From: Candidatus Latescibacterota bacterium
Lineage (GTDB): Bacteria; Latescibacterota; UBA2968; GCA-2709665
DNA length: 64,000 bases
Assembly: GCA_965208835.1 (NCBI GenBank)
Contig: OZ242358.1
Location: 896,001 to 960,000, forward strand
Reading direction: 5' to 3'
Shown here: piece after piece, positions 18,198 through 29,300 of the stretch
Layout: the number at the start of each line of letters is the position of its first letter
Position numbering within the stretch: the stretch's first letter is position 1
Translations under genes and position numbers: made by a program
Notes under the pieces: model-generated
What the model was told of the DNA's origin: nothing
The model's input: only the letters and a program-made list of their open reading frames with translations
Database searches by the model: none

Positions 18198-20087
18198 TCA
18201 GTCCTTGTCAATGTTGTACTTCTTGAGTTTACGGTGCAGAGTCGCCCGGTGGATGCCCAGCGCGTGCGCGGCGCGCGTGATGTTGTCGCCGGCGGCTTCG
18301 AGGGCCACGTACAGGGCCTGCCTTTCGACCTCCTTGAGTGAGAGGACCGGCGTCGAAACGGCGGAGTCTTGTCCGGATGCAATTGCCGGCGACAGTTGAG
18401 GCGGCAGATTGCCGGCCTGGATTACAGTTTCCGTTTCCAGAAGCACGGCGCGTTCGATGGCGTTTTCCAGTTCGCGAACGTTACCCGGCCATTCATACTG
18501 CAGCAACAGGCGCATGGCTGCGGTGGAGATGCCTCTGATGTTCTTGTTCAGCCGTTCGGTGTACTTCCCGATAAAGTGTTCGGCAAGCAGGGGAATATCC
18601 TCCTGCCGCTCTCGGAGTGACGGAATCGAGATCGGAAAGGCTGCGACTCGATAGAACAGGTCTTCACGGAAATCGCCCTTCCGTACCGCGCTCTCCAGGT
18701 CTTTGTTGGTGGCCGTTATCACCCGGATGTCGACGGATATCGGGGCTTTCCCTCCTATCCGCTGGATTTCCCGTTCCTGCAGCACACGCAGTAGTGTCCC
18801 CTGCAGGGCATAAGGGAGGTCGCCAATTTCGTCTATTAGAATTGTACCCCGGTTTGCACGTTCGAATGCGCCGACTCTCCGCGTTGTTGCGCCCGTGAAG
18901 GCTCCTTTTTCGTGTCCGAAAAGCTCGCTCGCGATAAGTGTCTCGGGTATGGTCGCGCAATCGAGTGCCACGAACGGACCTTCTCTTCGCGAACTGTTAA
19001 AGTGAAACGACCTTGAAACAAGCTCTTTGCCGGTGCCGCTCTCGCCTCGGATCAGCACCGTAATATCGCTCTCCGCGGCCTGTTTCATCAGTGCGTACAC
19101 ACGTTGCATGCCTCTGCTCGTGCCGACCATTCCCGCAAAGGAAGAGGTCGTTTCCAATTCGGTGCGCAGACGCTGGACCTCCGCCTTCATCTGCTCGGCG
19201 TCGATCTCCCTTGACACGTCGCGATAAAGCGTAAGGCTACCGATAACGTCTCCTTGTCCATCGCTTACCGGTGCGGTTGAGCGATAAAACAGACGTCGCT
19301 TCTGCAACCCGCCCGCCCCGGTTGTTTCCACAACGTCTCCGCCATCGGATAGGAACCTGCCCTCAATGTGGCCCAGGTCAGGTTCCCGGAACCGTTCCGC
19401 GAATCTCGCCGCAAGATCACCCGGCGGGAGTGTTTCCAGATCGGTCTCATCCAGACCGAGCAGATTCAGGTACATCTCGTTGGCAAATGCCAATCGCCCT
19501 GTGACGTCGTGCATGGCAATGGCATCGCCGGTTGCGTTCAACAAGGCTCTCAGCCTTCCATGGCTGACAGTGAGTTGGCGTCTCTGTTCCACCAACTCCT
19601 GTTCGACGTTCCACTTTCCGACCAACGAGAGGGTAATCTGTTGTATTTCCTCGTGCGTAAAGGGCTTTCGTATATAGAGCAGTTTGTGTAGCAACTCCAT
19701 GTCGGAGACGATTTCGGGCAGCGATCTGTCGGTGTAAGCAGTCATAATCACGATTTCGATGTCGCGGTCGAACTCCCTCACTCTGCGGACCGTTTCTATG
19801 CCATCGATGCCAGGCGGCATTCGAATATCGATATACGCCACTGCGATCGGACTGTTCGATTCCCTACCTCCCCTTATAATCTCGCAGGCTTCCTCCCCGT
19901 TGTTTGCGTGCAGCAACTCGAACTCCGGGAGATAGTCTCCCTCCTGTTCACGCACGAACGCAGCCGTCAGTTCGTCATCCGGTGTGATCGCGATGCCGGA
20001 ACAGAGCATTTCCGTAAAGTCGTCGTGGATTTCGGGCTGATCATCCACGATGAGAACGCGATTGTTTCCTTGATTTAAGGTTTCCAT
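18198..20087 (-). CDS. Sigma54-dependent response regulator (REC-PAS-AAA+-Fis HTH)
   Basis: VLIVDD, IDIRMP, GESGTGKE, ELFGHEKGAFTGA, IDEIG, FREDLFYR, WPGNVRELEN, LGIHRATLHRKL. Confidence 0.95.
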   Translation of the reverse strand: METLNQGNNRVLIVDDQPEIHDDFTEMLCSGIAITPDDELTAAFVREQEGDYLPEFELLHANNGEEACEIIRGGRESNSPIAVAYIDIRMPPGIDGIETVRRVREFDRDIEIVIMTAYTDRSLPEIVSDMELLHKLLYIRKPFTHEEIQQITLSLVGKWNVEQELVEQRRQLTVSHGRLRALLNATGDAIAMHDVTGRLAFANEMYLNLLGLDETDLETLPPGDLAARFAERFREPDLGHIEGRFLSDGGDVVETTGAGGLQKRRLFYRSTAPVSDGQGDVIGSLTLYRDVSREIDAEQMKAEVQRLRTELETTSSFAGMVGTSRGMQRVYALMKQAAESDITVLIRGESGTGKELVSRSFHFNSSRREGPFVALDCATIPETLIASELFGHEKGAFTGATTRRVGAFERANRGTILIDEIGDLPYALQGTLLRVLQEREIQRIGGKAPISVDIRVITATNKDLESAVRKGDFREDLFYRVAAFPISIPSLRERQEDIPLLAEHFIGKYTERLNKNIRGISTAAMRLLLQYEWPGNVRELENAIERAVLLETETVIQAGNLPPQLSPAIASGQDSAVSTPVLSLKEVERQALYVALEAAGDNITRAAHALGIHRATLHRKLKKYNIDKD

Positions 20088-20167
20088 CGACCACCTTCGA
20101 ATCGGTCCGGCCGGCAGTATGCCTGTGAATGGTGCATTCATGTGTCTTCCTGCCCTTCACCGTATAT

Positions 20168-20184
20168 AGCATTATTTATGCCAA
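20168..20184 (-). promoter_or_regulatory. Sigma54 -24/-12 promoter of the regulator gene
   Basis: TTGGCATAAATAATGCT: GG-N10-GC, about 80 bp upstream of the start codon. Confidence 0.8.
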
Positions 20185-20261
20185 TTATCATCTAAACCGA
20201 CTAGGTCATTGAATATTAGTGGTTTAGGGCACATGCGAACATGGTGGCGGGTTCTACGTAT

Positions 20262-20414
20262 GTTGCATTCTGCGCCGCCCCGGAATTACGGCGTGGTTGC
20301 GCGGAAATTGGACGGCCGATTTACAAATTACTGTTTATATGTAGCTTTCGAGACAGTCCCGTCGAAAATATAGTAAAAGTGTTGCAAGACGCGACCGTAG
20401 TCGCTTTTTGCAAC
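20262..20414. promoter_or_regulatory. Putative enhancer (UAS) sites
   Basis: 15-bp imperfect palindromes GTTGCATTCTGCGCC (20262), GTTGCAAGACGCGAC (20381), GTCGCTTTTTGCAAC (20400). Confidence 0.65.
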
Positions 20415-20511
20415 GCCATTTTCAGTTCTTCCTGATGGAAATCATCGTGCCGACTGGCTGGCTTGTGCGGACGAAGGGCCGGAATCGAAAACGCGCGCTT
20501 GAGACACATTG

Positions 20512-22635
20512 TCATTCGCTCTCCGCGTCTACCCGAGAGGCTACCGCGGGAAGCGGCCACGTAACGCGCATTGTTGTTCCCATTCCTGAGCCCTCACTTA
20601 TCGGTTCAATTCTTCCCCCCGAAGCTATGACGAAGTTAGCCGCGGAATGGAGGCCGAGCCCGCTTCCGGATTTTTTTGTCGTAAAGCCGGGAGTAAAGAG
20701 TACCCGCGTGTCTTTGTTCTGAATGCCGATGCCGTTATCGATAACTTCCAGGACGAGATGCTCACTCACGTTTTTGGCCACAACGCGGATATGGGGCGAT
20801 TCGAGGAGTCCGTGCAGCGTAGCGAGTTCGTCGATGGCTTCAATCGAATTCTTAACCAGATTGACCAGCATTTGGTGAAACTGACTCTCCCGGACGCGAA
20901 TCTGCCGGGGTGCGTTCTTGCACTCAACATCGGCCCTGATTCCCCTGTTGTTGAGGGTGTCCCTCAATACGCGCAACGCCCCCGAGAGTGCATCGTAGAG
21001 GTCGATATCCTTGCGATCCATGTTGGACGGGTCGAGGGTCCTCTGAGTGCGAATGACATCCGCAATGCGATTGGCGCGATCCCTGACGCGGACGACAGTA
21101 TTCATCAATTCGTCATTTCTCCGGCCGAAGTCTTCAGCAAGCTTGATGATAAATGGCATCACCTTTCGTCCCTGAGGGTCGTTTGCGATATAGTCGATCC
21201 AGTTGTTCTGATGCGCGCCGATTGCATTGGCAAGTGCCAACAGGCGACGACCGGCCTGATCCTTCGTCAACTTGCGGCGGACGGTCTCAATTCCCGTAGT
21301 GACACTGTTCATCGCGTTGCCAATGTTGTGAAGAATAGTGTCGACCATCTCCAACCGCCCCTGGTCGAACGCTCGCGACAAGGCCTCTTCCGCGAGTACT
21401 CGCTCGGTAACATCGCGGAATATAACAACGCCGCCCCTGATTTCCCCCGACCCGTCGAGGAGGGGTCTTCCGCTCATTCTGATGTAGACGCCGTCCTGCT
21501 TATTCTCGTTCCTTATGAATACGTCCTTCTCATCTGCGGATTCGCCGTGCCGAATGGCTCGCATCAGCGGCATGTCTTCCAATTTCATAGGCGTTTTCCG
21601 ATCAGGAAAGTACACACCATGTCTCGCAGCGCAGTCGTCCGGAAACCCGTCGTTTATGTCCACACCGACGATTTGCCGTGCCCCTGGATTCACATAGAGA
21701 AACTTCCCGCCGGTGTCCGCAACGATGATGCCGTCGCTGATGCTATTGAGAATCGTCTCCATCAAATTGGCCTGTTCCTGCAGTTCGGCGACCGTACGTT
21801 CTAACTTGGCTTCCGCTTGCTTCAACTTCGTGACGTCCCGTATAACCGCCACAGCACCCTTTGGTAACCCCGCCTTATCGCGCAATGGTCTGGCGTTGAC
21901 ACTCACCTGGACACCATCGGGCTTCTGGGGGTTACGGATCAAAAACTCGGTTTCTTCTGTCGGCTGACCTCTGAGGGCAAGCATCAGCGGATTCAGGTCG
22001 TCGCTGAGGACGGTCTCACCGTCGGGTTGAAAGACACCGTACCTTTCCGGCCATCTGGTGATGTCCTTTTCCAGGGGATGGCTGCCGCCAATGCGCGGAC
22101 CGCTTGAATTGTGAAACAGAATCGCCCCGTCTTCGTCAACGGCCACCACGCCCTCGCTCATACTGTTAAAGACGGTCTCCATCAGCTCAGCATGACATTT
22201 CGATTCTTCGATGGATTGTTCCAGACGAACACGCGTTTCTCGATGCCTGCGTTCCCTTTCGTGCAGGCACGTGGCGGTTTGGATGATCAGGTGGAGCTGG
22301 CAAGCGTCGACGGGCTTGAAAACGTAGCCGTAGGGATTCGTTGCCTGCGACCGTTCGAAGATGTCTCCCTCGGCCACTTCGGTCAGGTACACGACCGGTA
22401 CGCCAGGACTGCGGCGAAGTTGGTCGCCGAGTTCCGGGCCCGTAAGGCCTTCACGGATGTCAAGATCAACCAGGGCAAGGTCGGGACGCAATTCCAGTGC
22501 GACCCGTACGGCGTCGCCTGCGTCGGAAACCAGGGTGGCAACGGCGTAACCCATTTTCGTCAGGAGCGCTTCCAATTGCGCTGCAATCGGCTCTTCGTCA
22601 ACTATAATCATGATCTTCCTGCCTGAATTCGCCAT
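20512..22635 (-). CDS. Cytoplasmic REC-PAS-PAS histidine kinase
   Basis: N-terminal receiver, two PAS/PAC repeats, H-box ILHNIGN, NLVKNS.EA, DNGIGI, FTTK..GSGLGL; no TM helix evident. Confidence 0.93.
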   Translation of the reverse strand: MANSGRKIMIIVDEEPIAAQLEALLTKMGYAVATLVSDAGDAVRVALELRPDLALVDLDIREGLTGPELGDQLRRSPGVPVVYLTEVAEGDIFERSQATNPYGYVFKPVDACQLHLIIQTATCLHERERRHRETRVRLEQSIEESKCHAELMETVFNSMSEGVVAVDEDGAILFHNSSGPRIGGSHPLEKDITRWPERYGVFQPDGETVLSDDLNPLMLALRGQPTEETEFLIRNPQKPDGVQVSVNARPLRDKAGLPKGAVAVIRDVTKLKQAEAKLERTVAELQEQANLMETILNSISDGIIVADTGGKFLYVNPGARQIVGVDINDGFPDDCAARHGVYFPDRKTPMKLEDMPLMRAIRHGESADEKDVFIRNENKQDGVYIRMSGRPLLDGSGEIRGGVVIFRDVTERVLAEEALSRAFDQGRLEMVDTILHNIGNAMNSVTTGIETVRRKLTKDQAGRRLLALANAIGAHQNNWIDYIANDPQGRKVMPFIIKLAEDFGRRNDELMNTVVRVRDRANRIADVIRTQRTLDPSNMDRKDIDLYDALSGALRVLRDTLNNRGIRADVECKNAPRQIRVRESQFHQMLVNLVKNSIEAIDELATLHGLLESPHIRVVAKNVSEHLVLEVIDNGIGIQNKDTRVLFTPGFTTKKSGSGLGLHSAANFVIASGGRIEPISEGSGMGTTMRVTWPLPAVASRVDAESE

Positions 22636-22996
22636 TTCTCTCGCTTTCTACGTGTACATTTCTTGCGAAGTATCGGAAGTTTGGCACATCATGAGTCAAT
22701 CAGCAAAGAAAGAAGCCGGAATACGTCCGCTCCTTCGGGCGACCGATGTCAAATTGCAGATTGAGACACTTCACTGTGCAGAGCGTTCAGACTCCGGGAG
22801 AAATCCCTTGTGGGTCTTTGCATCTCCGATACCGAAGCTGAGAGGCAGGACATATGGTAGCTTGTGGACTGGATGTGTCCGGTGAGCGGTTCACTTTTCG
22901 TGCAGGTCGACCCGGTATCCGTTTCCAGGTTCTGTTTGGATTCGGCTCGCATGTTTCATCAAGCCTGGATAGTGGCTGAACACCGTTGTGTCGTGT

Positions 22997-24229
22997 TCAC
23001 TCCGCCCGCGGACTCTCCCACGCCACCCGTATCCCCCGCTTCCTGAATTCGACAATGTGCGTTTGTATGGACTCCTTTGACAGGGGATTCCCCCGAACGA
23101 TCAGCCTCGTCAGGTTCTCGAGCCCGGCAAGGTGCGACAGGTCGGTCACGCGGTTATGTGCGAGGTCGAGGGTCTCCAGGTTGTTCAGCGCCGCCAACGG
23201 CTGAACGTCGCTGATGGCGTTATTGTCGAGGTAAAGGTGTTCGAGATCAGGCAACTCCGAAATGGGCGATACGTCGGTTATGCCGTTGTGCCCAAGATGC
23301 AGCCTCTCCATATGGATTAGACCGGAAAGCGCGTTCAGATCGCTGATTGCGTTCCTTTCCACGTAGAGACGCTTCAGATTCGACAATCCCGCCAGAGCCG
23401 CGAAATCGCTGACTCCGTTTCTGTCCAGATCCAGTTCCTTCAGATTTTTGAGCGCTGACAATGGCGTCAGTTCACTGATTCCGTTGCTGTCGAGACCCAG
23501 CACGGTGAGGTTCGCCAAATCCGACAGGGGCGCGATGTCACTGATGCCGTTGCCATCGAGATCCAGCTCCTTCAGGTTCTTCAATCCGGACAGCGGCCTC
23601 AGGTCGGAAATGCCATTGCCTTCGAGACGGAGCCCCGTCAGATTGGTCAGTCCCGCCAGGGGTATCAGATCCGAGATCCCGTTGTTGTCAAGATCCAGCT
23701 CCTTCAGTTCATTCAGTCCGGATAGCGGTGCGATGTGACTAATGCCATTGCCTTCAAGACGTAGCCTCTTCAGATTCGCCAGCCCGGAAAGCGGAGATAC
23801 GTCATCGATGCCGTTGTCGGCAAGATACAGCCTTTCGAGGTTTATCAGCCCCGAGAGAGGGGTAATGTCACTGATGCGATTGCCTTCAAGGCGAAGCCTC
23901 TTCAGATTTGCCATCCTCGATAGGGGAGAAAGATCGGTGATGTCGTTTGCATCGAGATTCAGCGACACCAGGTTCCTGGCGTGCTCCAGTCCGTCGAGAC
24001 TCGCGATGCTGTCATTCCGCGCCGTCAGACGCGACAGTCCCGCCAGATCGGTCGTGGAGATGGATTCGTCGACCGCCTTGTTTATAGAATCACGGATAAC
24101 CGCTCGCAATCGGTCGTCAGGAATCAACGATTTCGGGGATTCGGGCGCCTGTGGTCCCGCGGCTTCCCGCGGACCGGCGCAATTGAGTAAGCCAAGGACG
24201 GCCATCAACACGAACACTCTGCAGAGCAT
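22997..24229 (-). CDS. Internalin-like LRR lipoprotein
   Basis: LGLLN-C lipobox, IPD..LR..IR cap, about 14 x 22-aa L..L.L..N.I.D..PL..L repeats, GNPLS C-cap. Confidence 0.92.
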   Translation of the reverse strand: MLCRVFVLMAVLGLLNCAGPREAAGPQAPESPKSLIPDDRLRAVIRDSINKAVDESISTTDLAGLSRLTARNDSIASLDGLEHARNLVSLNLDANDITDLSPLSRMANLKRLRLEGNRISDITPLSGLINLERLYLADNGIDDVSPLSGLANLKRLRLEGNGISHIAPLSGLNELKELDLDNNGISDLIPLAGLTNLTGLRLEGNGISDLRPLSGLKNLKELDLDGNGISDIAPLSDLANLTVLGLDSNGISELTPLSALKNLKELDLDRNGVSDFAALAGLSNLKRLYVERNAISDLNALSGLIHMERLHLGHNGITDVSPISELPDLEHLYLDNNAISDVQPLAALNNLETLDLAHNRVTDLSHLAGLENLTRLIVRGNPLSKESIQTHIVEFRKRGIRVAWESPRAE

Positions 24230-24944
24230 GTTGTTCCTCAACGATCAGACTCCGACTTTTATACGCGTGATTTTCTGCCGGCAGACGTAACAATCAGCCT
24301 GCTGCAGTCACGTCATACAACAAGCGTCCGAAACACAATTCGCGTTCGGGGTCAACGTCGACCGCGGCGACATCCGCCGACATCTGCGCATCGCTCTCAC
24401 ATCAGTAAGTCCCCGCAACCTATGATGCAGAAAGCAACGGAAAGTTGACGTGGGATTGACTGCTTTTTCGGCAGGTAACGGGCAGCGGCAGGACGGCGCC
24501 GGACGCCAGAACCGTCATGAGGGAAGGGCCCCCGGCATATGGCCGCCCTTGCAGGGGGTCAAGCCCGGTTTGACCGCCGCCCGTTGCAAATCCGGCGTGC
24601 TTGATGTCCATGACAATGATGTGAGCCGATTTGGTCTACACCGATTTTTCGTTATCGTGACGAGCAGAAAGAGGGCTCACAGCGTCGTACAGACGCACTC
24701 GCCATTCGCCCAGGCGTAAGCAGCGAACGGCTGATCCTGCACCCGCCGGTGAGGACGCTCGTCATCGAGACTGTCAGATCCGGAAATCGGGGGCGGCAGG
24801 ACAGCACCGGCGCCGAAGGAGGTTTGTTTGGGGGCGCCGGCATTGGCTGACCTTGCGGATCGTCACGTCAGAATCCGGTTTGACCGCCCCGTCGCCGCGG
24901 GATTCGGCGCCCCTCAAAGCGGAACAACATGGATAATGCCTCGT

Positions 24945-25109
24945 CTATGTTTCTTCGACGGCGCGCTTTTCCTCTTCCAGCGTCTTGATCATTCGCCGGG
25001 CGATCTCGATAGCGGTATCCACGGTTGCCTGTTCGTGCCACGTGTTGTCAGACCTGGCGGCCCCGCAAATCGCCATCCCGGCAAAAAACTCCAGTTTCGT
25101 AAGTTCCAT
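24945..25109 (-). CDS. Small hypothetical protein, phage-like motif
   Basis: AAGGAG RBS; LTKLEFFAGMAICG...A..IA..M...LE resembles the 'T.R.YFA..AMQG' small phage proteins. Confidence 0.65.
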   Translation of the reverse strand: MELTKLEFFAGMAICGAARSDNTWHEQATVDTAIEIARRMIKTLEEEKRAVEET

Positions 25110-25276
25110 TGTGCACTCCTTGGATTTCATCTGGAAACACCATTCTAAAACTGAACCATGTATATCCCACTAGAATCGCCGCATACACCAGTTGAACCCC
25201 GGGCAGCGATCCCGAGAGGCGCCTCCTGCCAGCTGCCTTCACGCATTGGATTTGCGGGGTACCGGAACCGCCTTCG

Positions 25277-25441
25277 TCAGATTTCCCGATGCGGTCCGGC
25301 ACTGACGGCCAGATAGCCTTCGATCTCAGCAACGCGCTTGAGCAGATGATCCACTTTGGATGAAAGGGACATCAGATAGCTCAATGCGACCAATGTCGCA
25401 ACGAGACACACTATCGAAACGACCAGAACTAGCACGAGCAT
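25277..25441 (-). CDS. 54-aa single-TM small protein (below the ORF track size)
   Basis: GGGAG RBS, MLVLVLVVSIVCLVATLVALSYLMSLSSKVDHLLKRVAEIEGYLAVSAGPHREI*: TM helix plus short coiled coil. Confidence 0.65.
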   Translation of the reverse strand: MLVLVLVVSIVCLVATLVALSYLMSLSSKVDHLLKRVAEIEGYLAVSAGPHREI

Positions 25442-26094
25442 TCGAACTCCCGTCTGACGTTTTAGGGTATCAATTCACGGCCGGAAATGCAGCGGCGCAC
25501 GGCAACGAGCATCGCGATTGACGTCGCCGTTTTCCCTCCACACACGGGAGTGTCCGGCTCCAGGTCGGCGAGGCTGACCAAAGGCACGGCAATCGGCCTC
25601 GAAAGCGAGCCGGCTCACTGTTCAGGTATCCCCGTTGTTTTTCAAACAAACGAATAAGATATGGATAATCCGTCGAATTAACTTTGAATTTTTGGTCGTT
25701 TTTGTTGATTTTTTAATGATTTTCGGGCGATTTCGCGTCGCTCGGAACAAACAGACGCGACAACGACGATTATTCCGCCCTGGGATTGAAACGTCGATCA
25801 GAAAGTCATCTGGATTGGGATGGTCGAATCCGGAGGGTATGAGTACGGGTCGTACCGGGAGCTGTCAGGCAGAGACATGGAAGACTGTGGAGGCGAGGGC
25901 CCTGGTTGAATCGCGGCAGCCGGTGAATCAATGCAACGACGAACAGGGAATCATTGGGGAACCGACGCCGCAAAAAAGGGAGAGGCGGCTGTGCTGCCTG
26001 CCACGTTGGGGCGAATGGTGGAGCGGACACCCTTGCCTGCTCAATTCCAATCGTATCGACAGGAAGACCCGAATCTGCCTCGACAATCCGAATT

Positions 26095-26186
26095 GTAGGG
26101 GCAGGTTTCAAACCTGCCCGATGCTCCATCTATCTGCATTCCGACAGGAGAACCATGACGTGGGCAGACAGGAATGTCCGCCCCAC
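26095..26186. repeat. Pair of convergent REP-like palindromes
   Basis: GTAG-GGGCAGGTTTCAAACCTGCCC (26095-26119, plus) and GTGG-GGCGGACATTCCTGTCTGCC (26162-26186, minus); the latter recurs at 40923-40947. Confidence 0.75.
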
Positions 26187-26303
26187 CCTCACGTCTGGTT
26201 CCTCAAGGGCTCGGCAAGTCGCTACGCGCGGTGGGTTGAATTGGTGTTGTCGGGCAGAAAAAGCGTGCCGACGGCAGCCGAAAGCCGCTGTACCGGTCAC
26301 TCC

Positions 26304-29300
26304 TCACCGAAGATCCGGAATGCCCCGGCTGAAGAGCACTTCCGTTCCAGGCTTGGCCGCAAACGAGCCACCCGCCGCCTGCGCCGTTTCTTCCGCGGTG
26401 AGGTCCGACAGGAATCCGCGTACCTGGCCCGATTTCAGATCGCGCAGGATGGCCATAGGGTTATTGCTGGTGCCGTCCAGAATTGCCTCTCCGGTGGGTC
26501 CCGACAGTGTGATGCTGGCCAAGGCGTCGGCCCAAGCCGACCGTGTCGGGAGCGTGAAGGCGAAGCCACCGGCACCATCGCTGTGCGCCACCTCCGGCAT
26601 CGCAAAGCTAAGGTCGAACAGCCTGCGGCCGTCGGCCGCGCGGCCCGTGATGCGCCACTCGCCGGCCGAGTCCGGGAGCATCGGGGTCGCATCGACTACG
26701 AAGGCCGGTTCCAGGAAGGGCACGGTGTCGGTACCGACGCCGCCCCACAGGAGGATGGATTGAGTCGGGAGGGCCGCAGCCGGTGGCGCGCCCTCGTCAA
26801 GCAGGCGGAAACGCAGAGCGTTGGCGAAGTGGTAGGAGCTGATCCACCGGGGCTGGCAATAGGACATCAGATCCATGTTGGACGGATGCATCAGCTTCCC
26901 GCCGTTTCCGAAGTCGTATCCCCAGGCCCCGACGGATCCGTCGGAATAGGGATAGGACGGATCGCCCGCAACACCACACGGCGCATGGCCCAGACTCATG
27001 TTATGTCCGAGTTCGTGGGCGATGGCGTCGGCACGTGGTACCACGAAGCTGGATCGTCCAGGTCGGAAGGCCACGCCCGACAAAAGGCCACTCGGATTCG
27101 GCATCATACCCATGTAGTGTCCAGTGCCGCCCTCCAGAGCCCGGATGGCCCGGGTCTGCCTGAGAAGGTCGAACCCGTTGTCGTTCGAGCTCAACACGGG
27201 ATCGTGGGCCGTTACGGCCACCTCTTCCACCGGCAACAGCGAGTGCATATCCGCGAGCATCTCATGGTCGTCCGGATCCGCTGCCATCGCCTTCACCAAG
27301 TCCACGATCGTCGAATCGTGGGTCTCGGTCCGGACGAACGGAACTAGCGTCAGGTCGAAGAGCGGCATGGCCTTGACCTCGACCTCTAGACGGCCTTCCT
27401 CCGGAATCCGCCTGGCCACGCCGAGCGCCGAATCCAGCGTCCCTTCCGGGTCGATCTCGATGACCATCTCAAGCCCCGGCTGTACCACCGCGCCCGGAAT
27501 CTCCGCGTTCGCCGACTTCGCCAGGTCGCCCTCCTGCACCTTCGTCGGGATGGGAGTTGATTGGCCCGGTATCTCCACCACATGCGTTTCCCATCCGTCC
27601 CGGTAGAAGCGCGCCGTGACCGGCGGAATGCCCGCATCCGTGCTCTCCTGTGCGGTGAGGAACACCCGCAACAGCGCCTTCTCGCGTGCAACCAGGGGGG
27701 CGGGGAACACGCGCGACTGTACGGCTTGGGTCAGGTACGCTGCGGACTCGGTGCAGCGGGCGATCCACCTCTTGTTGATGCCTTCGAGCCACGCTTGGAA
27801 TACGGGGTCAGCGGGTACACACAGTCCAGTGCCCCCGGCAAGTAGCGTCTCGAGGCGGGCCAGCGCGGTCAACTCGGTCGGCAAGGCGCCATTCATCCCG
27901 GAGTTGCCAGCCACGTGAAACTTCCACAGCATCGACATCCTGCCCAACTCGGGCGGGATCGGGCCTGACAGGTCGTTGGAAGTCAGATTCAGGTCCGACA
28001 TCATGGTGAGGTTCCCGAACTCAGGGGGAATCGTGCCCGAAAGAGCGTTCGACGCGAGATTCAGGTCCGACATCATGGTGAGGTTCCCGAACTCAGAGGG
28101 AATCGTGCCAGAGAGATCGTTTCCACCGAGATTCAGCCACTCCAGGCTTTCCAGGTCGCCTAGCTCAGTGGGGATTGCGCCCGACAGACTGTTCCCACTG
28201 AGGTCCAACTCCACCAGACTCTCCAAGTCGCCTAGCTCGGGTGGGATCGTGCCCGAATGAGTGTTCCACCTCAGATTCATGCGCCGAAGGCCAATCAGGT
28301 CGCCTAGCTCAGTGGGGATTGCGCCCGACAGACTGTTCCCACTGAGGTCCAACTCCATCAGACTCTCCAGGTCGCCTAGTTTAGGCGGGATCGTGCCCGA
28401 TAGGGTGTTCCACCTCAGATTCATGCGCCGAAGGCCAATCAGGTCGCCTAGCTCAGGGGGGATTGCGCCTGACAGACTGTTCCCACCGAGGTCCAACTCC
28501 ATCAGGCTCTCCAAGTCGCCTACCTCGGGCGGGATCGGGCCAGAGAAATCGTTTTCGCCGAGCCTCAGCGACTCCAGGCTGTCCAACCCACCCAGCTCGG
28601 GTGGGATTGCGCCCGACAGACTGTTCCCACTGAGGTCCAACTCCATCAGACTCTCCAAGTCGCCTATCTCGGGCAAGATCGGGCCAGACAGATCGTTCCC
28701 ATCGAGGTCCAGCCGCTTCAGGCTCCCCAGATAGCCCAACTCGATCGGGATCGCGCCAGTCAGGCTGTTGCTCCCAAGCACCAGCCCGGAGACGTTCCCA
28801 TTGGCATCAAGCTCCACTCCGTGCCATTCCTTGATCGGGGCACTCGTCAGCCAGTTCCGGCCTTCTGTCCAGTTGTGCCCATTCGTCGATTTGTAGAACT
28901 GCGTGAGCATGTCGCGCTGGGAAAGGGGCGTGCACTCCGCGCCCGTCCCCTGGTGCGACGGGATGTCGTTAAGCCACGTTTGGAAGGACTTCTCCGCCGG
29001 GGCACACAACCCGGTTTCCGCGTAGTTGAACTCGCGCAGAGGAATCCTGGTCAGCGACAGCGGCAGACGGCCGGCAAGGGCGTTGTCGCCGATGCGAAGC
29101 ACGGTCATCACGCCAAGATCGCTCAGGCCTGACGGGAGCTCGCCGCTCAGTCCGTTGCCGACGAGATCGACTCTCTTCACCCGGCCGGTGGAATCGACGG
29201 CGACCCCGTGCCATTTGCCGAGGTCGTCATCGTCCAGCCAGCCGTCGGATCTGGTCCAGCCAGTGCCGCCGGTGGCGTCGTACAACGCACGGAGCGCGAC

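Noticed and set aside
25635-27347. 570-aa plus-strand ORF and other long antisense ORFs (e.g. 20647-21804, 40890-41972, 47653-48957)
   Set aside because: Shadow frames of well-supported opposite-strand genes in GC-rich DNA; no recognisable motifs
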